A stretch of DNA of 63,422 nt, filler included, from Octopus bimaculoides (GCF_001194135.2; 4 parts of 4 records of this genome joined end to end with filler, not necessarily neighbours in it), one strand, 5' to 3'; counted from the whole stretch's first letter, positions 49,831 through 62,778 are shown. The notes: generated from the sequence alone by a model not told the origin. Numbers and translations are program-made.

Positions 49831-50189
49831 TTTAAAGACATGTACCCTGGAGTCTATATAATATAGTACCTCCTTAAGGAGTTAAATTCAGCATTACCAT
49901 AAGTTAAACAAAACAGAAAAAAGAAAGCAATGGAACTGCAAACAGAAATCAAGCTATCCCAAAGTTTCTAACAAACTCGACGCAAATTTATTATAAATAA
50001 TAAATCTTTTACTTTTTTTTTAATTGCACTGTGTAACATAATCTTTATTTTATTCTATTATTTATATTTTTTTGGTCTCTGGTCAGTAGTTGTTATTTTC
50101 TATTTGCTTCTATCAAGAGATCAAAGGAAATGACTGCCCTTCTCCTCAAACTTTGCTTTTGTGACTTGGAAATCAATATTTGAAATTGA

Positions 50190-50360
50190 TTAGCGGTATT
50201 TCGTCTGTCTTTACGTTCTGAGTTCAAAGTCCACCGGGGTCGACTTTGCCATTCATCTTTTCAGGATCGATGAATTAAGTACCAGTTGCGTACTGCGGTC
50301 GATCTAATTGACTGGTCCCGTCCCCCAAAATTTCGGGCCTTGTGCCTAGAGTAGAAAAGA
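50190..50360 (+). mobile_element. SINE family D fragment
   Basis: The D core and the gccttgtgcctagagtagaaa tail are present. Confidence 0.85.
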
Positions 50361-51223
50361 AAAGAACATTTTGAAACGGACCTATTGTCCATTACATTTC
50401 AGACAGATTCACTACTGAGTTGCTAAAGCAGAGATATTACTATGGCAAATATTCTCAGATTTGCTTGTCAGTTGCTTGACTTTAACCATTTGAGCATGTT
50501 CTTTAGTAGCTGATAATATACGCGTTTCTGAGCATGAGCAGGGGTAATGGGAGAGCATCATAGCCATGTGTCAAGAGGGATTCTTTGAGGTTTCAATGAA
50601 TGTAAGCTTCAAAGCTAAGTTTGAAAGAAATATTAGCCATTTTTCACACTTTCAATGGGTGAGCGAATAGGAAATAACAGTTGCTATCCACGGACAAAAA
50701 TCGTGTTAGACAGTGTTATAGAAAATTTTTAATAACTACAACTCTTTCACACACTCTTTTCGCTTTCTCGCTGTTGTATTTTATTCAGCAATATTATTAT
50801 TTCCCGTCTCCTATGAAATGCAATTCAGTCACGGAAAATTCATGGCACTGCTCCAAACGCTAGAAATAACAGCAAACGCTTCTTCAAATCCCAACCCGTC
50901 ATTTTCTCTTCGAGTTCGGTATCCGGCAGGATACCTGAAAATGGATTCAATGATTAAAAAAAATATCCGGGATTCCGTGAGAAAATAATATTGAACAAAA
51001 ATAAATTCTTTTAATAAATCTTAATATGTATTGATATTTCATAGAAAGAAGAAATGCAATTCTCTATGTTTCAAGATAAATTCTGATTTCCTTTTGTCTA
51101 ATGAATAAATTCTTTCTCTAGAGCATTTGCTATTTTAATTTGTGAATCAAAATTAATGTTGTGATGGAATGGGGGCTACAGCAAATGCGACTTTCGGGAA
51201 ATTGTGCAAAGGGTTCTGTCTCA

Positions 51224-51582
51224 GACGTGTAGGCGTGGCTGTGTGGTAAGAAGTTTACTTCCCAACCACATGGTTTTGCGTTTAGTCCCAATGCGTGGCA
51301 CCTGTCTTCTACTGTAGCTTTGGGCCGACCAAAGCCTTGTGAGTGGGTTTGGTGGACGGAAACTGAAAGAAGCCCATCGTGTGTATGTTTGTGTGTCTGT
51401 TTGTCCCCTACCCCCACCCAGCATCGCTTAACAACCGATGCTGGTGTGTTTACGTCCCCGTAACTTAGCGGTTCAGCAAAAGACATCGATAGAATAAGTA
51501 CTACGCTTACAAAGAATAAGTGCTCCAGCATGGCCGCAGTCGAATGACTGAAACAAGTAAAAAAGTAAAAAAAAAAAGAGTA
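51224..51582 (+). mobile_element. SINE family A copy
   Basis: Head GGCGTGGCTGTGTGGTAAGAAG and tail GGCCGCAGTCGAATGACTGAAACAAGTAAAA. Confidence 0.88.
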
Positions 51583-52028
51583 AAAGAACTTGCTTGGGGG
51601 ACAGTGTTGTTTGGGTGTCGGGAGGGGTGGAAGAGAGATGAGTAAATCATCTCTTTAATGTCGTCAGTGTAGCTGATCACAGAAGACTGGCAACTAAGCA
51701 ACAACAATAGTAACAACAATCTCTTATTTATTGAACGGAGAAGAAAGCAAGAAGTTTTCTCATCGTCATTCTATGTTAAACATTGGAATATTGCAGCGTG
51801 GAAGGTGTTTATAAGCCATTTAAAATAACACACAAGATCCGTCAGATTCACTTCAACATTTAANNNNNNNNNNGATATATATGTACATGTGTATGTATGT
51901 ATGTGCGTGTACATGTGTGCGCGTATGCATCTGTGTACATGCGTATGCATGTGTGCATGCCTATACACATGTATGTATGTGAGTATGTACTTATGGATGT
52001 ACGTGAGTAATAGGGTAAGTGTGTAGAC

Positions 52029-52062
<34 letters not shown>

Positions 52063-52307
52063 ATATGTATTGGAATATTGTTTTATTATTTCCCTTTGAA
52101 TAAGTTGCTGACACTGTCCGTTATCCAAGCTGAATATTAGTGTTTTTATTAATTATCTCCCTTTAATCGATAAGGCTGAGAGTAACTTCCCTTAGATAGA
52201 GTTATTTTCCTTAGATCAAACTTTCCGTTCGCAGACGTGGAATGGGTGTGCGATATCGGCGAACTTACAGGCGCTTAAGCTTATGGTTCAACGCTTGTTA
52301 ATGCGTG

Positions 52308-52352
<45 letters not shown>

Positions 52353-54227
52353 TATGTATGTATAATCGATGTAAGCATATATAGACAGTCTGTTGTGAGA
52401 TTGATAGAATGAGAGACGGGGAAGCGGTGCCAACACTCAGTTTATCGACCCCGAAGGAAGGAAAAGAAGAGTCGATATAAGTGAAGATCTGAACTCAAAC
52501 TAAAATGAGCCAATAGACATATCTCAAGACATTGTATTCAACATTTTAAAGACTCTCTCAAGTCGCTGCCATTTTTTATTGTTTGCCGTGATTTGTGATG
52601 TTTATGTTGACCTCTTTATTCCGAGTAAAAATGGTGAGCAGTAGAGACCTTTTTCAGGGCCTCGGTAAGAGGAAAAGAGAAAATTATCATAAACCCGGAT
52701 TTTTGTGAAACAGTGGAGTTGGCTAAAAACACCCGAGGGTCATTCAAGCTTATCTGCTTCAAGATTCAACGTTCCAAACAAAAATTAGTTCATGTTCTCT
52801 TGAAGTTTATAAAGTCTTATGGTGTCAATAATATCTAAAGTGGGGGGATTACGTTTGTTACCCATCCACCGCCACCCACCAAGAAGCAGAAATAGTCCCT
52901 CGCAGAGTTTCCGTCTATCAAATGCCACTCACAGACTTTGGTTCACTTGAGGTTGTTACGTAGCACAGTGGAAGCGAACCCGAAATTCCTGAGTTGTGAA
53001 ACGATTATGTTAACCATGTAGCCACACTTTACATTACGAATTCAACTTCCGCTGAATCGATTTTGCCCTTCACACGCTGAAGTTCTATAAAAGAAAACTT
53101 GGTCTTAAAGAGGAAGTTGATTTAATTGTTAATAGCAATGATGACGTTTCTATGAAATGTGGGACCATTGTGAAATGCCGTAGGTCTTAGGACTTAGAAA
53201 AAAATTTCCCTGAAATATCATGTTATGAAACCTGATCTCAAGAGATTTCCCTATAACTAAAATACTTGTATAGGTGTAAGTGAAACTGCAATAACGAAGT
53301 TATTGACACACTAGGTAGAAAAAATAAACGTTCGTCCTCACCTGTCTATAAATTAGCTCACTACTAAGAATTCGTAAGGTGATATTGTAAAAAAATTTCA
53401 ATTATTATTGAAATTATTATGAAGAGTTAGATAGAAATTATTGCATGAAAAATAATTTATTAATGACGTGGATATTTTTTCAACTATGGTAGAATAAAGG
53501 TTTAGGGGAACATTTAAACATTGAAGAAAAATTAATGAAAAATCAGGAAGTTTTAAATATTGAAGCATCTCTTGTAAAGAATATGATTGGAAGGGCCGCC
53601 ATTTTTATAATACATGTTTATTGTTTATTTTTCTTACAAGTCTCAGTTTAATACGTGTAGAACATAAAAACTGCACTTTTTTAAATGCAGTGTGAAGTTG
53701 CTAAATGTAATTGCTAAATGCGGTAGCTAAATATAACCAACATTCTAAAAGTCGAGTCACGTGTCCCGCTTTGTGTTACTCTGTAAGAATGTGGTAACAA
53801 AAAACAATGGGTGTACTGAAAGAGACAGAGACAAAAAGAAAGAATAATAAAGAGAAATGTATTAGACGAATAGGTAAGTGAGACATTTAGGGAGAGAGAA
53901 GTAAAGAGACAGACAGAGTAGTGAGAAAGAAGTGAGACAGGCAATCAGGTAAGCTAAGGACGAAATATGAGAATAAGTAATATTGTGAATTAAAGAGCAG
54001 AAGTAGAAGAACAGGTTAGACAGAGGCTAATAAAAGATAGGTGGTGGATACAAAAAAATAAAAACTGGAAAAATGGAAGAAAAGACCAAGGTAAAAAGAA
54101 AAACAATAAAAACAAGATGAAACACAGGAAGGAAATGGAGCAAGGCTTGGAATCAGAAAAATTTAGAATTACTGAAAAGAAATCGAAATATAACCCCCAG
54201 TTTCGATGGGTATAACACTAGTAGGAG

Positions 54228-54533
54228 AGGAGATGGAGCGTGGATTAGGGTATTCTACTCACGATCGCAAGGTCGTGAGTTCAATTCCCGGAGACGCGAT
54301 GTGTTCTTCAGCAAGACACTTTATTTCACGTTACTCCAGTCCAGTCAGCTTACAAAAATGAGTAGTACCTATATTTCAAAGGGTTGGCCTTATCACATTC
54401 TGTGTCACGCTGAATCTCCCTGAGAACACATGTCTGTGGAGTGCTCATCCACTTGCACGTTAATTTCACGAGTAAGCTGTTCCGTTGATCGGATCAACTG
54501 GGACCCTCGTCGACGTAACCGACGGTGTGCCAG
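54228..54533 (+). mobile_element. SINE family C/B-type copy
   Basis: The C head, the CAGCAAGACACTTTATTTCACG segment and the ATCGGATCAACTGG tail are present. Confidence 0.85.
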
Positions 54534-55300
54534 TCACACTAGTAGGTAGTATAATTGCTAAATACAAAAGTTTGTCTTTTTAACTAACTGAGCTGTTAGG
54601 TTCATCCCAACAGAGAACAATGTCGCAGATTTCTGGGAAGGAGAGAATCGGTTACAAGATAGCTAATGGTTTTTTCTTTTAAGGTTCTTGTGTAATGAAG
54701 TAATGGGATATCGAGACTGGGTCACGAACCCGAGTCGTTGTCTGTTGCACCCGCTTCTGTTGTCGTTGTTGCTTAATCACAAACGAGATGATAAAGACAT
54801 TCCACTCATGACAATCCCATCTTTATAAAGCTATATAGGTCTAACGTATCTTTGATTAATTAAGGCAACCGAGTATGTTTGGGAGTGATTTTACTTTCAT
54901 TCCAAGCAGGTCAAAGGGCCAAACAGGAGCTCTCTCCCCACACCTTTATGGAAGCCCTATAAAAGGTAACTGGCAGTGACCCGTGATCCTCACTAAATAA
55001 CCGAATGAAGAACTGTGTCTAATGTTAAAATATGTCTGGTACTTTTAAATGGTCAGCAACAGCTGAAGTATTTTCTAGCTTTGAAGCGGAAATTTTGTAT
55101 TCCATGAGTAGATTGAACAGATGCAAGTACAGAGGAGAGATGAAAAAATGCTCTTCAAGTCGACTCAGTTCTCGGTTTCGTCCCTCTTTCTTCGCAGCAC
55201 TTTGGTAAGTATTTTCTGTGGATAGCCTTGGTGTCAATATCGTATCATAATATTTGGAAGACGGTCACTGAGCAAAGGCATGCCTTGCATGCGCACGAGC

Positions 55301-55354
<54 letters not shown>

Positions 55355-55491
55355 ATGTCTGTGTTGAGAGATAAACAGATAAATATAGATATACACACAC
55401 GCATAAGACAGAATGACAGAAACACTATCAATATCTCAATCTTTGTGCGCGTGTATTTCTTCGCACATGAATATATATATATATATATATA

Positions 55492-56096
55492 CTAGCTGTT
55501 GAGCCCGGCATTGCTCGTATTTTCCGTGTTGAAGTTAAGCCCACCTCTGACCTTGTATTGAAATTTTCTACGTTCCCCTTGTCAACTATTACCCATTAAG
55601 GTGTTATATCTGGTTATCCGGTTAACGCTTTCGACATACGCTTACATACTGGACCGTCTGAAATCGCAGTCAAACTTCTGTGTGTACTTATTCAACGTAG
55701 TTCTCTAGGCTTGCAAGTATTTGATCATGTAACCGTTTCCCTGCATTATGAGATCTAGTCGTGTTTCCTCAGGCGATATACAAATATTGTTTCCGTAATC
55801 TCAAATTCTCGGCTTCAAGAGCATCCTATCTGTCTATCATAGCCTGCAAGTTAGTAATGGCTACTACTAACTTGCAGGCCATGACAGGTAGATAGGATGC
55901 TCTTGGAGCCGAAAATTTGAATTTACGGAGACAACATTTGTATATCGCCTTAGGAAACACAACTAGATCTCATAATGCAGGGAAACGGTTACATAACCAA
56001 ACACCTGCAAGCATAGAGAACTACGTCGCATAAAAACAATTGCAGGGATTGCAAATAAATGTCCAACCATACTCCTTGTTGATTCCAACTTATTCA

Positions 56097-56100
<4 letters not shown>
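55492..56100 (-). mobile_element. Helitron-type 3' end carrying a large internal palindrome
   Basis: The minus strand ends ...CGAGCAATGCCGGGCTCAACAGCTAG|T at 55492, the same terminal motif as at 1833. The 5' end was not found (gap). Confidence 0.7.
55694..56027. repeat. 334-bp palindrome with 163-bp arms and an 8-nt loop (ATGGCTAC, 55857-55864)
   Basis: The arms align without gaps (for example 55727 pairs with 55994 and 55856 with 55865); mismatches are mostly transitions. Confidence 0.92.
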
Positions 56101-56156
<56 letters not shown>

Positions 56157-57719
56157 NNNNNNNNNNNNNNNNNNNNNNNNNNNNNNNNNNNNNNNNNNNN
56201 NNNNNNNNNNNNNNNNNNNNNNNNNNNNNNNNNNNNNNNNNNNNNNNNNNNNNNNNNNNNNNNNNNNNNNNNNNNNNNNNNNNNNNNNNNNNNNNNNNNN
56301 NNNNNNNNNNNNNNNNNNNNNNNNNNNNNNNNNNNNNNNNNNNNNNNNNNNNNNNNNNNNNNNNNNNNNNNNNNNNNNNNNNNNNNNNNNNNNNNNNNNN
56401 NNNNNNNNNNNNNNNNNNNNNNNNNNNNNNNNNNNNNNNNNNNNNNNNNNNNNNNNNNNNNNNNNNNNNNNNNNNNNNNNNNNNNNNNNNNNNNNNNNNN
56501 NNNNNNNNNNNNNNNNNNNNNNNNNNNNNNNNNNNNNNNNNNNNNNNNNNNNNNNNNNNNNNNNNNNNNNNNNNNNNNNNNNNNNNNNNNNNNNNNGCCC
56601 TGCAGATATAATATATATAATACAAAAATGGGACAAGAACGCAAAACATCCAGATAGTTAGGTGATACAAAAAAGGGACAACAAGACATCCAGACAGACG
56701 ATACAAAAAACTAGAACGGGTCATTCGGAGTTTTCTATCCTCAGTCGAGTTCCAGATTATCTTAACAGTATCAATGATATTTCTATGTGCTCATTCCTGC
56801 AGCCGTTTCAATAATCCTCACGTTACGTATGAGAGGATGGCAGAACTATATCGTCAGGGAACAGTTTCTGTGCAGAAATATGAAGAATATATTATAATTC
56901 CGTGTTTTCATATAACGGAGGGGAAACAATGTTTATTCTATATAGTAGCTAAATTAAAATGTATTCTTATTTCTGTTTGGAAACCGATCGAAGGTAACCA
57001 TGACTATCTTTCGGCTCCATTTTATGCCAGACTCTAGGTGTATCCTTCTCTGGAGTTAACGAACCAAGCATCCCACTTCATACTTTTAGAGCTTCACTCA
57101 TTTCCATGCTGGTGAATTAACACAAGCTGAAGGGAAGAAGATGTTACTCACCAAATTAAAATAATCGTGAGAATACAGTGTCACATCTCAGCTGGAATAT
57201 CTTTGACCGAAAAAGTATTATTATTTTGCGGTTTACGTTGAAGATATTAACAGCGGTTATCTGATCTAAGTTGTGTAGTTTCATGTTCATGGGTTGTTTA
57301 TAATAGGTTTTGTAATATAATCTCGCTGTTAGACAGTGGTTAAGTAGGGTAACATGATATATTCTAGTTTATGAGTTGTTTGGGGGGGGAGAGGAGCACG
57401 GAGATGTGTTTATCAAATTTATTCCGAAGACGTATTTATTTCGTGTGTGTGTGTGTGTAGTTTATTTTTCTTTCTGGGATGAAGAGGATGACTCAGTGGT
57501 TAGGGAGCTGGGCTCACCATGACAAGATTGTGAGCTCGGTTCCTGGCGAGGCGTCATTCCTTACGCAAATCACTTTATTTCACGTTACCTCAGTCCACTC
57601 CACTGGCATGTAATTCAATCGTAGGTCAAGTACCGCCACCCTGTCGTATTCGTGGTAACAAATTATTTGGGTGTCAAAAGAAATTAAGCATATTTTGTTG
57701 TCGTCGTCATCATCGTTGT

Positions 57720-58135
57720 TTTGTCCACTTGGCTTTATTTTTTTGTCTTTGGGCAATTTTCTCCAATTTTTCCCCCAAAATACTTAGCCTTCTTCAATAT
57801 TCAGTTCTATGCTATTTCTTTCCCTTCAAGAATATCAAATATATGCTTTTAGCTGTTTCTTCGAATTTCCTGATTTTGGGAGTTTCTCTTTTTACACTCT
57901 GCTTTGGCCCTTCAGTCGTTCTTCTTTATCCACATCATACATTTCCATTCCCTCTCATCTACCTTCCTCTTCTCCTTTCTTTAATTAAACCTTTCTCCCT
58001 CTGCTCCAGTTGAATAATGTCTTTCCTAAGGCTTTAATCTTCCTCTCAAGCCACCTTTACCCAGCAGGGTCTCTGCTGGCTGATCCATCTTTTATCCTTT
58101 CTTTTTCCCCAACAATTTTCCAATTCCATTAACAC
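57720..58135 (-). mobile_element. Decayed R4/Dong-like internal (pre-RT) fragment
   Basis: PCWVKVA*EED*SLRKDIIQLEQ..KIRKFEE resembles the recalled PWKRRLE..LRKD.S.L..KIRRYEK region. Weak match. Confidence 0.45.
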
Positions 58136-58137
58136 TT

Positions 58138-58302
58138 GCCAGCGACCCACAAGTGCCAGCGGCCCACAAGTGCCAGCGGCCCACAAGTGCCAGCGGCCCG
58201 CAAGTGCCAGCGGCCCACAAGTGCCAGCGGCCCACAAGTGCCAGCGGCCCACAAGTGCCAGCGGCCCACAAGTGCCAGCGGCCCACAAGTGCCAGCGGCC
58301 CA
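58138..58302. repeat. GC-rich 17-bp minisatellite GCCAGCGGCCCACAAGT, about 9.7 copies
   Basis: Units start every 17 nt from 58138; there are no spacers. Confidence 0.95.
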
Positions 58303-58558
58303 TAGCTAGCAGACTATCGTGATACTTGTTTACTGGTCATACTTCAAGAACCATGCGGAGAATTCTTACAGTTCCAAGCAATGGTGATCTTTGTAGGTGT
58401 TCTATCTTTACATTTGCATCAATCTCTCTGAGCTATGTTGGTAGTTGAGCGATGATACATCCAAGCGTGCCAAACACAATTGGTATCATGTCCACTCTCT
58501 TCATTGTCCACAACCTGCGTATTTCCCACTTCAATTTATCACAGTTGTTCACTTTTTC

Positions 58559-58562
<4 letters not shown>
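58303..58562 (-). mobile_element. R4/Dong-like LINE extreme 3' fragment
   Basis: Reads KEKVNNCDKLKWEIRRLWTMKRVDMIPIVFGTLG..EHLQRSPLLGTVRILRMVLEV*. The 5' end abuts (AAT)n. Confidence 0.8.
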
Positions 58563-58612
<50 letters not shown>

Positions 58613-58613
58613 T

Positions 58614-58673
<60 letters not shown>
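58561..58673. repeat. (TTA)n followed by (GTA)n microsatellite
   Basis: Read directly from the sequence. Confidence 0.95.
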
Positions 58674-59656
58674 ATGCGGTGAGGTGGCAGAATTGCTGTT
58701 AGTTTTCGTTGTTGATTTTACAATTCCCAACTTACACGTTGACCACGTCACGAATTTTCTCTGANNNNNNNNNNNNNNNNNNNNNNNNNNNNNNNNNNNN
58801 NNNNNNNNNNNNNNNNNNNNNNNNNNNNNNNNNNNNNNNNNNNNNNNNNNNNNNNNNNNNNNNNNNNNNNNNNNNNNNNNNNNNNNNNNNNNNNNNNNNN
58901 NNNNNNNNNNNNNNNNNNNNNNNNNNNNNNNNNNNNNNNNNNNNNNNNNNNNNNNNNNNNNNNNNNNNNNNNNNNNNNNNNNNNNNNNNNNNNNNNNNNN
59001 NNNNNNNNNNNNNNNNNNNNNNNNNNNNNNNNNNNNNNNNNNNNNNNNNNNNNNNNNNNNNNNNNNNNNNNNNNNNNNNNNNNNNNNNNNNNNNNNNNNN
59101 NNNNNNNNNNNNNNNNNNNNNNNNNNNNNNNNNNNNNNNNNNNNNNNNNNNNNNNNNNNNNNNNNNNNNNNNNNNNNNNNNNNNNNNNNNNNNNNNNNNN
59201 NNNNNNNNNNNNNNNNNNNNNNNNNNNNNNNNNNNNNNNNNNNNNNNNNNNNNNNNNNNNNNNNNNNNNNNNNNNNNNNNNNNNNNNNNNNNNNNNNNNN
59301 NNNNNNNNNNNNNNNNNNNNNNNNNNNNNNNNNNNNNNNNNNNNNNNNNNNNNNNNNNNNNNNNNNNNNNNNNNNNNNNNNNNNNNNNNNNNNNNNNNNN
59401 NNNNNNNNNNNNNNNNNNNNNNNNNNNNNNNNNNNNNNNNNNNNNNNNNNNNNNNNNNNNNNNNNNNNNNNNNNNNNNNNNNNNNNNNNNNNNNNNNNNN
59501 NNNNNNNNNNNNNNNNNNNNNNNNNNNNNNNNNGTAGAAAATCTCTCACGACAGAATCAGTAGAACAATGGACATTGTGATATCAAGGTTCTGAGTTCAA
59601 ATCTCTCCGAGGTTATAAACAAAGTCAATCCGTGTTTTACAAAATTTCTTCTTCTT

Positions 59657-59687
<31 letters not shown>

Positions 59688-59784
59688 TTATTATTATTCC
59701 TTTATTGAAACGTGTTGCACATCGCTCCCGTAAGTTTGTTGTTTTTATATTGTTATACTGTGTTATATACTATACACATGCTGA

Positions 59785-60110
59785 AGGTGCATCGTTCAGT
59801 GGTCATAGCGTCGGGATCACAATCATGAGATAGTAAGTTCGATTCCCGAACCGGGCTGTGTTTTGTGTTTTTTAGCAAGACACTTTATTTCACATTGCTC
59901 CGGTTCACTCAGCTGTAGAAACGAGTTGCGATGTCACTGGTGCCAAGCCTTTCCTTTGGATAACATCAGTAGCGTAGAGAGGGAAGGCTGGTATGCATGA
60001 GCGACTGCTGCTCTTCCATAAACAACCTTGCTCGGACTTATGCCTCGGAGGTAAACTTTCTATGTACAATCCCATGGTCATTCATGACGGAATGGGTCTT
60101 TACCTTTCTT
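59785..60110 (+). mobile_element. SINE family C-related copy
   Basis: Contains GAAGGTGCATCGTTCAGTGGTCATAG..GTTCGATTCCC..TAGCAAGACACTTTATTTCACATTGCTCCGGTTCACTCAGCTG. Confidence 0.75.
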
Positions 60111-61069
60111 TTTTGCCCATCGTTATATAGACAAATTAACCAGGACCTTAGGGAGTTGGTTAGTTTATCTCCATCTGTAGCCCTTAGGGGCTAATTTAGG
60201 GTTTGTTTAGTCTAATACACCCTCAATGTTTTTCTCAAAAAAGAAAGATGGCGGATGAGGCTTGTTCGTCCGCTACAAGACAAAAAACAAACAAAAAGCA
60301 GCCATTTATCCGCACAACCGAACAGCGAAATTATAAGTCAGTGACAGCATCAGCAGCAGTAACAGCAATAACAACAGTAACTGCAACAGCAACAACAACA
60401 ATAGAGCACGAGAAATGTATGAAAGTAACTTTCCAATGCTGTCAGCACTACCTTCATCAACGCAGAAACAAAACCAAAAAATCATTAATATCAAAAAGCA
60501 ACAACACCAGCGATAACATTACCACCTCCATTACCACCACCGGTAGCAACAGCAAACCCACCATCACCAACACCACCTTTATCAAAGAAAACGAACGATT
60601 CAAACCCACGGTTAGCTGTTTCGTCGACGCGACGTGGCAAGTAAGCGTTGACATTTTCATAAATGAAAATGAATCCAAAAGTGCAAAATGTATGTCGGGA
60701 AAATGTGTGAGAAGTATGGGAGAAATGTGGTGCTGAATGTTCCTAGATCTGTCCAGCAAGAAACTGGTCGGTTCTATATAAAACAATTGGAGCAAAAAGG
60801 AGAAGAGTAGTGCGGGAAACACACCAGCAGATTGAAAAATGTTTACGAGCAATTTCAAAGAGCGAAACCTATATAACCAGAGAAAAAATATATAGGACTG
60901 TCGAAGTGAGCTTCGCCTGAGAGGAGAACACCAAATATCACTGCATACAATGACACAAAAGAAACAGCCATAAGACCATCACCACTGCAGTCAAGCAAAA
61001 GAATTAAACAACACCAACGCAAAACACGCTGGAAGAAGTAGTCAAAACGACCAAAACCACATTTAAGAG

Positions 61070-61104
<35 letters not shown>

Positions 61105-61538
61105 NNNNNNNNNNNNNNNNNNNNNNNNNNNNNNNNNNNNNNNNNNNNTTAATTAATTAANNNNNNNNNNNNNNNNNNNNNNNNNNNNNNNNNNNNNNNN
61201 NNNNAAATTTAAAATACGTTGAAATGAAATATGAGGGAGGAGGCAACGAAAAGATTGTGGGGGGAATATTTTGTGCTTTTTTACGTTAATAATGTTGCGA
61301 TGTCTGGTTATGTTGTGTGGGGTGGGTTTTGAATACAGAGAGAATATAAAGGGAAAAACCACAACCCGTTAAATACACACACACACATACACACATATAT
61401 AGCGATCAATTAATTTTTAAAAATTAATTTATATATATATATATATATACATGTATATCAGTGTTACAAAATATTTCTTCCAGCTTGAAGTTCTGCGTTC
61501 AAATTCCGCCGAAGTCTCCATAGTTTTTCACTCACTCC

Positions 61539-61574
<36 letters not shown>

Positions 61575-62589
61575 ACGTATATATATATATACGCACACAT
61601 CAGGACGTAAGGATAGTGGATCTTATCAATAATACATTTTACGTGGTTCTAGAATTAACTAATACAGAACTTAGTCTGTAAAAGTGGATAGATATATTTA
61701 TTATAGGAAAAGGGGACAGCTTGCACCAGTTTTTCTTAACCAGCTCTACCTGAACCTTAACATTTCGCATGTACCTTGGCGGTCAACTTAAGGTTTTGCT
61801 GCTTAAATTTATGTTCAATAAATTGGCAGTATTTCTAAAATACGCAAGTTATTTCAACAATTTTTTATAGAATAGGTATTTTTAAATATTTAATGTAAAA
61901 ATATAAGATTTTTTAAACACTGCATGAGCATGAGACAGGGAGATAGAGAAAGAGAAAGNNNNNNNNNNNNNNNNNNNNNNNNNNNNNNNNNNNNNNNNNN
62001 NNNNNNNNNNNNNNNNNNNNNNNNNNNNNNNNNNNNNNNNNNNNNNNNNNNNNNNNNNNNNNNNNNNNNNNNNNNNNNNNNNNNNNNNNNNNNNNNNNNN
62101 NNNNNNNNNNNNNNNNNNNNNNNNNNNNNNNNNNNNNNNNNNNNNNNNNNNNNNNNNNNNNNNNNNNNNNNNNNNNNNNNNNNNNNNNNNNNNNNNNNNN
62201 NNNNNNNNNNNNNNNNNNNNNNNNNNNNNNNNNNNNNNNNNNNNNNNNNNNNNNNNNNNNNNNNNNNNNNNNNNNNNNNNNNNNNNNNNNNNNNNNNNNN
62301 NNNNNNNNNNNNNNNNNNNNNNNNNNNNNNNNNNNNNNNNNNNNNNNNNNNNNNNNNNNNNNNNNNNNNNNNNNNNNNNNNNNNNNNNNNNNNNNNNNNN
62401 NNNNNNNNNNNNNNNNNNNNNNNNNNNNNNNNNNNNNNNNNNNNNNNNNNNNNNNNNNNNNNNNNNNNNNNNNNNNNNNNNNNNNNNNNNNNNNNNNNNN
62501 NNNNNNNNNNNNNNNNNNNNNNNNTATATATAAGTGCATAGTCATTCCTGTGCCTTTGCATTTTGTTCCCTACCGCCGCCTCACAACAG

Positions 62590-62725
62590 TTGTTTGTGTA
62601 TTTACGCCCACGAAATTTTGAAAAGGCTCCGAAAAGAATGCAGTGGGGTCGATTCGTTTCGACAGGAATTCTTCAAGGCGATGCCCCAACATACCTGTAT
62701 TCTAATGACTGAGCCAAATAAAACC
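62590..62725 (+). mobile_element. SINE family A 3' fragment
   Basis: Contains tggggtcgattcgtttcgac..aaggcgatgccccaacat..ctaatgactga. Confidence 0.7.
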
Positions 62726-62747
62726 AAAATGATACATACATACATTC

Positions 62748-62778
<31 letters not shown>

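Noticed and set aside
58138-58302. CRISPR-like array
   Set aside because: The units are head-to-tail with no spacers, there are no cas genes, and the context is eukaryotic.
60203-60736. 177-aa ORF
   Set aside because: It is built largely on (CAA/CAG/CAC)n low-complexity sequence and has no motifs.
60780-61070. Possible further PLE GIY-YIG remnant (EKKYIGLS)
   Set aside because: Only one short motif is readable, which is too degenerate to support.
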